A stretch of 45,843 nt of DNA from an uncultured Actinomycetes bacterium (GTDB lineage Bacteria > Actinomycetota > Actinomycetes > S36-B12 > UBA5976). Numbering within the stretch: the stretch's first letter is position 1; the number at the start of each line of letters is the position of its first letter. Both the position numbers and the translations under genes were made by a program. The DNA is taken from the NCBI GenBank assembly GCA_903951185.1, contig CAJBBC010000101.1:1-45843 (forward strand), written 5' to 3'. Shown piece by piece: positions 36,901-44,470 of the stretch. A model generated the notes under the pieces. That model worked only from the letters and a program-made list of their open reading frames with translations, did not search any database and was not told where the DNA came from.

Positions 36901-37184
36901 AAGTTGGTGACGAAGTTCGCAAACTAGAAGAAGGACAGTTTGTTCAAGGCGCTGCGCTTATTCAGCTGCGTAACGGAACGGCTGACTCTCCTGAAATTCA
37001 GTTATTAAAAGCTGGCGATCATGATGATAGTTCTGATCGATCAATTGAAACAAGAATCTCAGAAGCTGCTTTTGTTGCTGCCAATGAAATTTATGAAACA
37101 AAGTACGATGAACAAACTTGTAAATTTTGTGCAGTCCGAACACTTTGTCCCGCCACAACAGAGGGTCGGCAGGTGCAGTTATGA
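33921..37184 (+). CDS. adnA: helicase-nuclease AdnA (UvrD-like motor + RecB-like nuclease)
   Basis: Motifs LAGPGTGKTTTLVE, FVDEYQDTD and RRLFYVAVTRA. C-terminal nuclease GFADRVEF...IYDFKTSKK...QLALY, and a CxxCx5C motif (CKFCAVRTLC). Paired with adnB. Start is GTG 33921 or ATG 33963. Confidence 0.85.
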   Translation: MAADLSWLHGGIDLMTRLILDATPPEQPVATALDVNQQAVVDHTRGALRVLAGPGTGKTTTLVEAMAARLVGEQALKPNQVLGLTFGRRAALDWRDRVTAQIGGGEVPLISTFHSFCYALVRMYEPSERYVNPIRLLSGPEQEARSRQLFNNSINDGRLTWPTELMPAVGTRGLAEEVREVMSRTRSHLMDPAQLVSLGKQSANETWQAIGKFMDEYLDVLDSEGVLDYSELIYRAVLLCNQPEVAKDLHQQFKAIFVDEYQDTDPGQVELLKAMIGPETSLVVVGDIDQAIYGFRGADESGLRKFDEVFAPLFSGDIKDEVLTNCRRFGPTIRAAATAVIEKQFPIGIDPELIREHRNPTVSATNKDELLVRTYDSEGAEASNIANLVARAHAHEGYAWSDIAVIVRSARVSMPAIQRALISAGVPVTVAADEVPLHLDPAVMPLLDLLRVIDEPSALSPEVAMDLLAGPLANVDQIDLRRLTAYLRKTERINGNSPKPSTVLIAQVIAEPGLLSQVPRGAFDSIVSTVTRLGNLISSARSLITKGATPHEVLDFIWQESDWRIQLEDRSLSFDFSSQNANRDLDSICALFDLANRFVIRGGGKDLTIFLAEIESQAIPAEPLAENDIRSDSVRLLTAHRAKGLQWPMVIVAGAQENLWPDLRSHQTILQADRIGKNEVLMPPTFAETLAGERRLFYVAVTRAMQKLVLTAVDTSINDDGVQPSRFLRDIQAKLTDLDWQHIGGRPKRPLNVDGLVSSLRRVLMDANSSPELKTAAASRLAKIGKKDSPVFKNALPENWWGINEITKNEKAKNNSVALSATAIENIELCSLRWFLERKVGAISDSSTKMIFGNILHLIAAGLQNSEIPTDLDFINTKIDQVWPELGYEASWESTRERQEARDASVRLLNWFIEHNENESLAETQLALTKSISDEFGNDYQVNITGFADRVEFTVDGVMIYDFKTSKKIVKKSELAQNVQLALYSYLFENGNYKVGDEVRKLEEGQFVQGAALIQLRNGTADSPEIQLLKAGDHDDSSDRSIETRISEAAFVAANEIYETKYDEQTCKFCAVRTLCPATTEGRQVQL

Positions 37185-40100
37185 AACTAGAACAAGATTT
37201 AGTGCGTAAATCACTCGCCAAGATGATTGCAAAAACTCCGTCACCTGAACAATGGATTGCGATCGAAGCCCCGCTTGAGCCGGGATTAATTGTGGCGGGG
37301 GCCGGCACAGGTAAAACAACTGTGATGGCTGCGCGGATTGCGTGGCTGGTGATGACCGGAAAGATTTCGCCAGATCGAATTTTAGGTTTAACTTTCACAA
37401 CTAAAGCGACAAGTGAACTTCAAAATAGGGTGCGCTCATACTTGCCAGCCGCCATTAAATTCGCTCAAGAAGCAGGTTTTCATACTGCTGATGAAATGGG
37501 TGAACCAACAATTTTGACGTACAACGCATTTGGTTCCCGATTACTTAAAGAACATGCGCTCAGATTAGGCCTTGAACCAGGTGCTCGAGTAGTTGTTGAT
37601 GCCACCAGATATCAACTTGGTATGCGGGTTGTTTGTAATACAGATGTTGACTTATCTAATTTTGGTTTTACGGCAGTAGATGCGGTTTCCGATTTAATAA
37701 AACTTGATGAGCAACTGGCTAACTATCTGATTGAACCTGACCTACTGATCGAAACTGATCTTAAAACTATTGCAAATCTTGATTTAGTCGAAAAACCGCA
37801 AGCCATAACTGAAGCAATGCGTACAACCTGTGCGAAGCGAATTGAATTAGCCAAGTTAGTAAAAGCATTTAGACTTGCCAAGATTTCAGCTGACATTATT
37901 GATTACTCGGATCAAATTAGGTTGGCGGCCAAAGCAGCCCAAACTTCGATAGCAATGCAAGAGCTACTTAAAGAGCAATTCGGCGTTGTATTACTAGATG
38001 AATATCAAGACACTGGAATCGGGCAAAAAGTTTTATTGCAGTCACTCTTTGGAAACGGTCACCCAGTTACAGCAGTGGGTGATCCATGCCAAGCAATTTA
38101 TGGCTGGCGTGGTGCTGAAATTACAAATATGGATCTATTCCCAACGGACTTTCCAATTGCAACTGAACCATTTAAGCCAGCTAATCAATTCAATTTAACT
38201 GGCAATCGACGGTCAGGTGAAAATATATTGGCCGCTGCTAACACGTTAAGTGAGCAACTTCGTGAACTGCATCCAATCATTTCGCCACTTGAGGCAAAGA
38301 ATGAAGAAATTGCACCAGGCAAAATTCAAGTTGGTTTGTTAAATACTTTTGAAGATGAAGTTCAATGGATTGCTGATCAAGTTGCAAATCTAGACCTCGG
38401 GGATAACTGGGGCCAAGTTGCTGTCTTAATCCGCGAAAACAAACATATTGGATATTTTGTTAAAGCTCTTGAGGATAGAAATATTCCTGTGCAAGTCGCT
38501 GATGCGGGAGCGTTAATTAATCTGCCAGAAGTTCGCGATGTAATTAGCTATTTAATGGTTACCGCTGATCCAACCTCAAATACGGCCTTAGCTCGGATTT
38601 TGACGAGCCCTCGGTGGGCAATTGGCCCAAGAGATTTAGCGTTACTTGGTCGCGAAGCAAGCGAATTAGTTAAGAGTGAAACTCGCGATTCAACATTCAG
38701 TGAACAATTTGAAATGGTGGCAGCTAGCACTGATCGAGTAGACCGAGCCTGTTTATTAGATGCCCTTGAATTAGCCGGCGAAAGTGAGATGAGCTATTCG
38801 CCTGAAGCCAGGGCGCGGATGGTGGCTTTAGCCAGTGAGTTACGTGATTTGCGAAAGCATGTAAGTAATTCGATTCCTGAACTAATTAGCCGAATAGTTC
38901 GAGTTACTGGGATCGGAATCCAAGCGATGTTACATCAAGAAGGTAAGCAAGTAACCGGGTTTGATCGCATTTCGGCTTTGATGGATTTAGCTGGATCATA
39001 TTCAAATTTAGATGGCGAAACTTCACTCCGAGCATTTATGGCATTCCTTTCGGATGCTGGTCGGTTTAATCAACACACAGCTGCAGAAATTTCATTACTA
39101 GAAAACGCAGTCACTGTTATGTCTATCCATAAATCCAAAGGTTTGGAATTCCCGATTGTAGTTCTTCCCGAAGTCACTAAATCAGTTTTTCCATCCGGAA
39201 CTAACCTTTCACACTGGCCTAAATCTGCAAATAGAATTCCAACTGAACTTTTGCCAAAAAATATTTATTCAAAAGTTCCAACTTTCCCAATTAACAATGT
39301 TCCGAAATTAAAAGACTATGAAGTTTTTACAAAATCGCATAGTAGCGAACGCGATATAGACGAAAGACGTTTAGCTTATGTCGCTGTAACAAGAGCTGAA
39401 CATACATTAATTGCGAGTGCTTCATGGTGGGGTCCAACTCAAGTTAAAACTCGTGGACCAAGCGATTTTCTAGCCGCAGTTAAAAAACATGAAAATGTAC
39501 CCGGTATTTGGGAACTAGCGCCTGATGATGATGCCATAAATCCGTTAACGGAATCGGTAGTTGGAATTTCTTGGCCGCAAGATACAGCTGGCGAAATTCG
39601 ACCAAAACTAATTGAAGCTGCGAAATTAGTCACAAATCCAAAAACTGAAGATGTAACTAAGTTATCCGCAGACGAGCTGGCGCTAATCAAGCAGTGGGAT
39701 GCAGATCTTGAATCTATTGAAATCGAATTTGACCGCAGTAAGCAGACTGAGCGGATAGTTAAACTTCCAGCGAGCTTGTCAGCCAGCCAAGTTATGGATC
39801 TAAAGAAAGATGAACAAAGCTTCTTAAAAACTTTAGTTCGACCAATGCCGCGCAAACCTTCACCAGCGGCAACTCGAGGAACAAAATTCCACGCCTGGGT
39901 TGAAGAGTTTTACCATAAGCGTGCGCTGATTGATCCAGAAACATTACCTGGTGCAGGTGACTCAGATATTTACTCGGATGAAGTTTTAGCTCAGATGAAA
40001 GAAGCTTTCCAAACTGGATTATTTGCCGAGCGGCCTAATGCCGAATTAGAGCTGCCATTTGCGCTGGTTATAAAAGGTAGAACCTGGCGAGGCCGAATAG

Positions 40101-40342
40101 ATGCAATTTTTAAGGGCACCTTGGAAAACCCGGATACCCCAGGCTGGTTAGTAGTTGACTGGAAAACCGGTAAATCGGGAACCGCAGATGAATTACAACT
40201 TAGTATTTATCGCCACGCCTTGGCTGAGTTGAAACAGTGTGATCCTGAAGAAGTTCAGGCGGCTTTCTATTATGTTTCTGAAAAAGTTGTTGCTTTCCCG
40301 CAGAAATTACTCTCGCGAGAAGACTTAGAAGATTTGATCTAG
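37181..40342 (+). CDS. adnB: helicase-nuclease AdnB
   Basis: ATG 37181 overlaps the adnA stop (ATGA). Motifs AGAGTGKTTVMAARI, LLDEYQDTG and RRLAYVAVTRA. Nuclease GRIDAIF...VVDWKTGK...QLSIYRHA. Confidence 0.85.
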   Translation: MKLEQDLVRKSLAKMIAKTPSPEQWIAIEAPLEPGLIVAGAGTGKTTVMAARIAWLVMTGKISPDRILGLTFTTKATSELQNRVRSYLPAAIKFAQEAGFHTADEMGEPTILTYNAFGSRLLKEHALRLGLEPGARVVVDATRYQLGMRVVCNTDVDLSNFGFTAVDAVSDLIKLDEQLANYLIEPDLLIETDLKTIANLDLVEKPQAITEAMRTTCAKRIELAKLVKAFRLAKISADIIDYSDQIRLAAKAAQTSIAMQELLKEQFGVVLLDEYQDTGIGQKVLLQSLFGNGHPVTAVGDPCQAIYGWRGAEITNMDLFPTDFPIATEPFKPANQFNLTGNRRSGENILAAANTLSEQLRELHPIISPLEAKNEEIAPGKIQVGLLNTFEDEVQWIADQVANLDLGDNWGQVAVLIRENKHIGYFVKALEDRNIPVQVADAGALINLPEVRDVISYLMVTADPTSNTALARILTSPRWAIGPRDLALLGREASELVKSETRDSTFSEQFEMVAASTDRVDRACLLDALELAGESEMSYSPEARARMVALASELRDLRKHVSNSIPELISRIVRVTGIGIQAMLHQEGKQVTGFDRISALMDLAGSYSNLDGETSLRAFMAFLSDAGRFNQHTAAEISLLENAVTVMSIHKSKGLEFPIVVLPEVTKSVFPSGTNLSHWPKSANRIPTELLPKNIYSKVPTFPINNVPKLKDYEVFTKSHSSERDIDERRLAYVAVTRAEHTLIASASWWGPTQVKTRGPSDFLAAVKKHENVPGIWELAPDDDAINPLTESVVGISWPQDTAGEIRPKLIEAAKLVTNPKTEDVTKLSADELALIKQWDADLESIEIEFDRSKQTERIVKLPASLSASQVMDLKKDEQSFLKTLVRPMPRKPSPAATRGTKFHAWVEEFYHKRALIDPETLPGAGDSDIYSDEVLAQMKEAFQTGLFAERPNAELELPFALVIKGRTWRGRIDAIFKGTLENPDTPGWLVVDWKTGKSGTADELQLSIYRHALAELKQCDPEEVQAAFYYVSEKVVAFPQKLLSREDLEDLI

Positions 40343-40352
40343 GCTCATACCT

Positions 40353-41273
40353 GTGAGTCATCTACTTTCCGAGTTACCGCTAGCTAGATTTGAAGTGGAT
40401 CGAGCAGCGTATTTACGGTCAAGGCCAGACTGGTTAACTGAAATCTGGACACAAGATTCAACCAGAGTTTTAGTAGTCAATGATGGAAAAATTCCGGTTA
40501 CCGATGACCTCTCCTTAATTTTGACAAAACCAGGACACTTTAATTTATTGAGTGCCCAAGTCGCCGAAGATATTTCTTTACTTGGTGTGACGAGCGAACA
40601 TACTTACCTTGTTTATTTCACAACTAATGATCAGTTATCCGAAGCCAGCTGGGTTAGCCTTCGTGACGTTGGCGCTCAACTTTCTGCGCTCGATGTTGGT
40701 TTAGCCACAAGTGCAACTGCACTGGGTGCTTGGCACGAGAACCATAAATACTGTGCAAAATGTGGAGCAAGCACAATTGTGAGTGCAGCCGGTTGGTCGC
40801 GGACTTGTTCGATGGAAAAAACTGAACACTATCCACGCACTGAACCGGCAATGATTGTTGCTGTTCAAGATCAAGCCGGACGGATTTTACTTGGGCGCCG
40901 TAAGCAATGGGCAGATAGTTGGTTTTCAACGCTCGCGGGTTTTGTTGAAGCAGGAGAATCAGCAGAATCTTGTGTTATTAGAGAAGTTTTTGAAGAATCA
41001 GGCATAACTATAGATCCAAATACTTTGCAGTACTTAGGCAGTCAACCTTGGCCATTTCCAGCATCCCTAATGCTTGGGTACCGAGCAACGGCAATAAGTA
41101 CCGACTTGAAATCTGATGATGACGAGATGGCTGAAGTTAAGTGGTTTAGCAGAAGTGAATTCATCGCCGCCTGTGAAAGTAAAGGCCTACAGTTACCGAA
41201 CCAAACAACAATTGCTTGGCACTTAATTCAGGCTTGGTTTGGCGAAGATATGCCAACTACTTGGTGCAGGTAA
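40353..41273 (+). CDS. nudC: NAD(+) diphosphatase NudC (Nudix)
   Basis: Zn-ribbon CAKCGAS...CS and Nudix box GFVEAGESAESCVIREVFEESGI. Synteny with adnAB/uvrD2 as in Mtb Rv3199c. Confidence 0.88.
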   Translation: MSHLLSELPLARFEVDRAAYLRSRPDWLTEIWTQDSTRVLVVNDGKIPVTDDLSLILTKPGHFNLLSAQVAEDISLLGVTSEHTYLVYFTTNDQLSEASWVSLRDVGAQLSALDVGLATSATALGAWHENHKYCAKCGASTIVSAAGWSRTCSMEKTEHYPRTEPAMIVAVQDQAGRILLGRRKQWADSWFSTLAGFVEAGESAESCVIREVFEESGITIDPNTLQYLGSQPWPFPASLMLGYRATAISTDLKSDDDEMAEVKWFSRSEFIAACESKGLQLPNQTTIAWHLIQAWFGEDMPTTWCR

Positions 41274-41306
41274 CTCGGTCAAACTAGCCTTTGCGAGAAT
41301 AGACCG

Positions 41307-42998
41307 ATGTCAAAAATACTTAAAGCTCTAGATGAACAACAACGTGCAGCCGCTGAATGTGTTGCTGGACCAGTTGTAATTTTCGCTGGTGCTGGCACTG
41401 GAAAGACCAGAACTATTACCCATCGGATTGCTCATGCAGTTAGTGCCGGAGTACATGACCCACAAGCAACTTTGGCAGTTACTTTCACAACTAGAGCTGC
41501 TGGCGAATTACGCAGTCGATTAGGCCAACTCGGTGTGGCTGGAGTGCAAGTTCGAACATTTCATAGTGCAGCACTACGTCAATTAAAGTTCTTTTATCCG
41601 CAGGTTTTTAATAAAGAGTTACCAAATCTAGTACCGAGTAAGTTTAAATATGTGGCGCAAGCTGCGACTCGGTGCCACATAAATGGCAGCACTGAATTAA
41701 TTCGAGATATTGCCAGTGAAATTGAGTGGGCAAAAGTAAATATGTACTCACCTGAGGTTTATCGGAATAAAGCAAATGAACTGCGCCGAAATTTAGGTAG
41801 TGGAATAAATAATGAACTAATCGCCAAAGTTTATGAAGCATATTTAGCCGAATTAGACGATGCCAATGCGATGGATTTTGAGGACGTACTTCTAGTGACA
41901 ACTGCAATTTTGGAGAATTTTCCTGAAATTGCAGCGCAAGTTAGATCCCAATATCGAAGTTTCACAGTTGATGAATTTCAGGACGTAAGTCCAGTCCAGT
42001 TTGAATTATTGAAATTGTGGCTGGGTAATCGTGATGATGTTTGTGTAGTGGGCGATCCAGCTCAAACAATTTACTCATTTTCGGGTGCCACTTCGACTTA
42101 TTTGAAGAACTTCAAAAAGCATTTTCCGCGGACCCAAGAATTTGAGTTAACAAACAACTACCGAAGCACTAAACACGTAATTGATGTGGCAAACCAAGTA
42201 CTCGCAAAAGATGGCACCAGTTCAGTTCGACTTGCTACTAAAAAAGAAGCTGGACCAAAAGTCACGTTAACTGATTACCAAAGTGATGAAGCCGAAGCTA
42301 AAGGTACGGCCAGCAAAATATCTAAGTTAATTGACCAAGGGATTGAGCCGCGAAATATTGCAATTCTATTTCGAATTAATAGTCAGTCTGAAGTTCTTGA
42401 AGCGGCTTTAGCTGATCATGGGATACCAGTAACGCTACGTGGTGCTGAGCGATTTTTTGAACGTGCTGAAGTTAAAAAAGCATTATTGAACTTACGAGCT
42501 GGTCTACATATCGCTAGTGATCACAAATTAGGTCAAACTGTAAAAGACATACTTTCAACACTTGGCTGGAAACCTAGTTCACCGGAAGGTGGTCGAGCCG
42601 TTCGTGAAGTTTGGGAATCTTTGAACACTATTGTTGAACTCGCCGTTGACTTAGAGCTCAAAAATCCAGCCGCCACGTTAGCTGATTTCGTTTCTACTTT
42701 AGATAAGCGAAATGAGATGGAATATGCGCCGAGTGCAAATGCAGTAACACTAGCCTCAATTCACGCAGCTAAAGGCCTGGAGTGGAATTCAGTTTTCTTA
42801 GTGGGGTTAAGTGAAGGCTTACTTCCTATTTCACATGCCACTAAAGCCGATGAATTTGCCGAAGAGCGACGACTTTTTTATGTTGCAGTAACCCGTGCCC
42901 AAGAGCATCTTTCATTATCTTGGGCTCACTCAAGGCATAACGATTCAAAAGGTTACCGAGAGCAATCAACGCTACTTCGTGATTTGAAGTTAAATTAG
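41307..42998 (+). CDS. uvrD2: UvrD/PcrA-family helicase, short UvrD2-like (no HRDC or tetra-Cys region)
   Basis: Motifs FAGAGTGKTRTITHRIA, VDEFQDVSP, TLASIHAAKGLEW and RRLFYVAVTRAQ. The ORF ends about 30 aa after motif VI. Confidence 0.8.
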   Translation: MSKILKALDEQQRAAAECVAGPVVIFAGAGTGKTRTITHRIAHAVSAGVHDPQATLAVTFTTRAAGELRSRLGQLGVAGVQVRTFHSAALRQLKFFYPQVFNKELPNLVPSKFKYVAQAATRCHINGSTELIRDIASEIEWAKVNMYSPEVYRNKANELRRNLGSGINNELIAKVYEAYLAELDDANAMDFEDVLLVTTAILENFPEIAAQVRSQYRSFTVDEFQDVSPVQFELLKLWLGNRDDVCVVGDPAQTIYSFSGATSTYLKNFKKHFPRTQEFELTNNYRSTKHVIDVANQVLAKDGTSSVRLATKKEAGPKVTLTDYQSDEAEAKGTASKISKLIDQGIEPRNIAILFRINSQSEVLEAALADHGIPVTLRGAERFFERAEVKKALLNLRAGLHIASDHKLGQTVKDILSTLGWKPSSPEGGRAVREVWESLNTIVELAVDLELKNPAATLADFVSTLDKRNEMEYAPSANAVTLASIHAAKGLEWNSVFLVGLSEGLLPISHATKADEFAEERRLFYVAVTRAQEHLSLSWAHSRHNDSKGYREQSTLLRDLKLN

Positions 42999-43004
42999 CT
43001 AAAC

Positions 43005-44060
43005 CTAAGCAGTTGCCGCCGGTAACCAAAAACACCCGCAAGAGACATGTGGGTAGTTCTGAGTTTCAACCGTTTCAGTTGAGCCCGATAAATACCACCA
43101 GTGGTTCAGTTCGGTGGAATTAAAGTCAATCCAATTAGCAATTTGCTGGTAACTGAACAAAGCAGCTCGAAGTACAAGATCAGTCGGGGTTAAATCAGGT
43201 GTAGACCGGCCAACAAGTTGAGAAATTAATTTAGGCCAATCTGAGTCTTGATCCTGTTGGTGTAAATGAAAACAACGAACACAGCCTGTTACTCCCGGAA
43301 TATTTACAGATGTAACTAGGGCAGATCGATCGGAACTTGCCAGGACTAGATATGGGGTATCTGACGAAACAGCCAGATCAACAAGATGTGGTTCAAGGTA
43401 TGGAATATCAGCAATTGGATCAGGGGCAAAGACAATTAACGATGATTTACTCCTTGTTTCTTTGAGGCGCATAGTTTGAAGTTGTTCACGATGTACTCGC
43501 TCCAATAATGTTTGGACAACGTAATCACGACGCGCACCCACATCAAGTCGACTAAAACCCCACGGCGTTAAATCAGAGTTAGAGATTCTAGTTGAATCGA
43601 TAATTCTAATATTTGAAAAACCAGAATTACCAAGTAAGAGGGCTAGCGTAGAACCGTTTCGACCAGCACCAACTATTGATATTCGCGCAGCTGTTCGATT
43701 TGCAATTGAAGTTGGATTTGAGTACGTGGCCCGCTGAGCATCGAGTAGATGACTTACTTGGTTGTTACTTAAGCTACGAAGTTGTGGAGTTGATGAAATA
43801 AGTAATCCATTTTTAATGAGCAAATCAATTACGTTTAAAGTTGAAGTTTTATCTAAATCAAATTCAAGGGCTAGTTCAGCTAATTGAGCGACAGTATGCG
43901 AACCATCGCAGCTATCGAGTACACCGCGGAATACATTAGGTAACTGCACAGCCGTTTGCGGATTAAGTCCAAGTTGAATTGTTTTTGAATTACGTTGTAG
44001 TGGATAAATCCCTGGCGCAATTCGAATATGTTGCTGGCTAAATTCAGGCGAATGTTTCAT
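43005..44060 (-). CDS. E1/ThiF-like protein with an N-terminal PqqD/RRE-like winged-helix segment
   Basis: N-terminus: TIQLGLNPQTAVQLPNVFRGVLDSCDGSHTVAQLAELA...VIDLLIKNGLL. Rossmann segment: RISIVGAGRNGSTLALLLGNSGFSNIRIIDSTRISNSDL. Cys pairs CVRC and CGC. Confidence 0.65.
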   Translation of the reverse strand: MKHSPEFSQQHIRIAPGIYPLQRNSKTIQLGLNPQTAVQLPNVFRGVLDSCDGSHTVAQLAELALEFDLDKTSTLNVIDLLIKNGLLISSTPQLRSLSNNQVSHLLDAQRATYSNPTSIANRTAARISIVGAGRNGSTLALLLGNSGFSNIRIIDSTRISNSDLTPWGFSRLDVGARRDYVVQTLLERVHREQLQTMRLKETRSKSSLIVFAPDPIADIPYLEPHLVDLAVSSDTPYLVLASSDRSALVTSVNIPGVTGCVRCFHLHQQDQDSDWPKLISQLVGRSTPDLTPTDLVLRAALFSYQQIANWIDFNSTELNHWWYLSGSTETVETQNYPHVSCGCFWLPAATA

Positions 44061-44099
44061 GCGCTATTTCTATAGATTTATCGGCGAAACGGTGCCCGG

Positions 44100-44325
44100 T
44101 AATCCACATTTGGCGCTTAAAGCCAGGGTTTGTCCAGATTCTGGACTAAAGCCAAACTATTTTCTGTCCACATGGGGTGGATAGTAAAACCCCTGATAAA
44201 ACCAGTTATTTGTGCAGGGTTTCAAAAAGTATCCCCAAGTTTTCCACCGCAAAACCCCTCAATTCACAGGCCTTTCCCCAAGTGATCCCCAGCTTTATCC
44301 ACAGGAAATCGGACTAAATCCGCAA
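44100..44325 (+). promoter_or_regulatory. phased array of about 10 DnaA-box-like 9-mers
   Basis: Sites: TAATCCACA 44100, TTGTCCAGA 44130, CTGTCCACA 44164, CTATCCACC (minus strand, 44176-44184), GTATCCCCA 44229, TTTTCCACC 44240, CAATTCACA 44260, TGATCCCCA 44283, TTATCCACA 44295, AAATCCGCA 44316. Confidence 0.5.
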
Positions 44326-44371
44326 TTACATTGCGCTACCTACTTAATACCCCGTAAATTCAGTGTTCGTT

Positions 44372-44466
44372 GAAGCTCTCGAGATAACGAGCCGACATTC
44401 GCAAGGGGAAGGCGAATGGCCGAGCACGTGGCTCGAGGGCTTCATCTTTTGCCGGAGTTACCCTAG
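44372..44466 (+). promoter_or_regulatory. structured leader with a 16-codon uORF upstream of the DUF45 gene
   Basis: A 12-bp helix, GAAGCTCTCGAG (44372-44383) pairing with CTCGAGGGCTTC (44432-44443). An inner 7-bp helix, CATTCGC/GCGAATG, has a purine-rich AAGGGGAAG loop. The uORF runs from ATG 44416 to TAG 44466 (MAEHVARGLHLLPELP). Confidence 0.35.
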
Positions 44467-44470
44467 TTAA

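Noticed and set aside
44172-44285. 37-codon + strand ORF (MGWIVKPLIKPVICAGFQKVSPSFPPQNPSIHRPFPK) as a possible precursor peptide
   Set aside because: It has no SD, it coincides exactly with the repeated box motifs, and it is on the opposite strand to the E1-like gene. It is most likely a chance ORF.
44100-44325. Calling the DnaA-box-like array the chromosomal oriC, or a CRISPR/iteron array
   Set aside because: No dnaA, dnaN, recF or gyrB flanks it, and I saw no clear AT-rich unwinding element or DnaA-trio run. The repeats are 9-mers at irregular spacings of 11-65 bp, not CRISPR-like units of 28-37 bp, and there are no cas or rep genes. I kept it as a finding but not as an oriC call.
44344-44445. 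33-codon minus-strand ORF (MKPSSHVLGHSPSPCECRLVISRASTNTEFTGY) upstream of the E1/RRE-like gene as a RiPP precursor
   Set aside because: It is on the right strand but has a poor SD and lies about 280 bp from the enzyme start. It is antisense to the hairpin/uORF region, and an ORF of this length is not statistically meaningful. It cannot be supported without conservation data.
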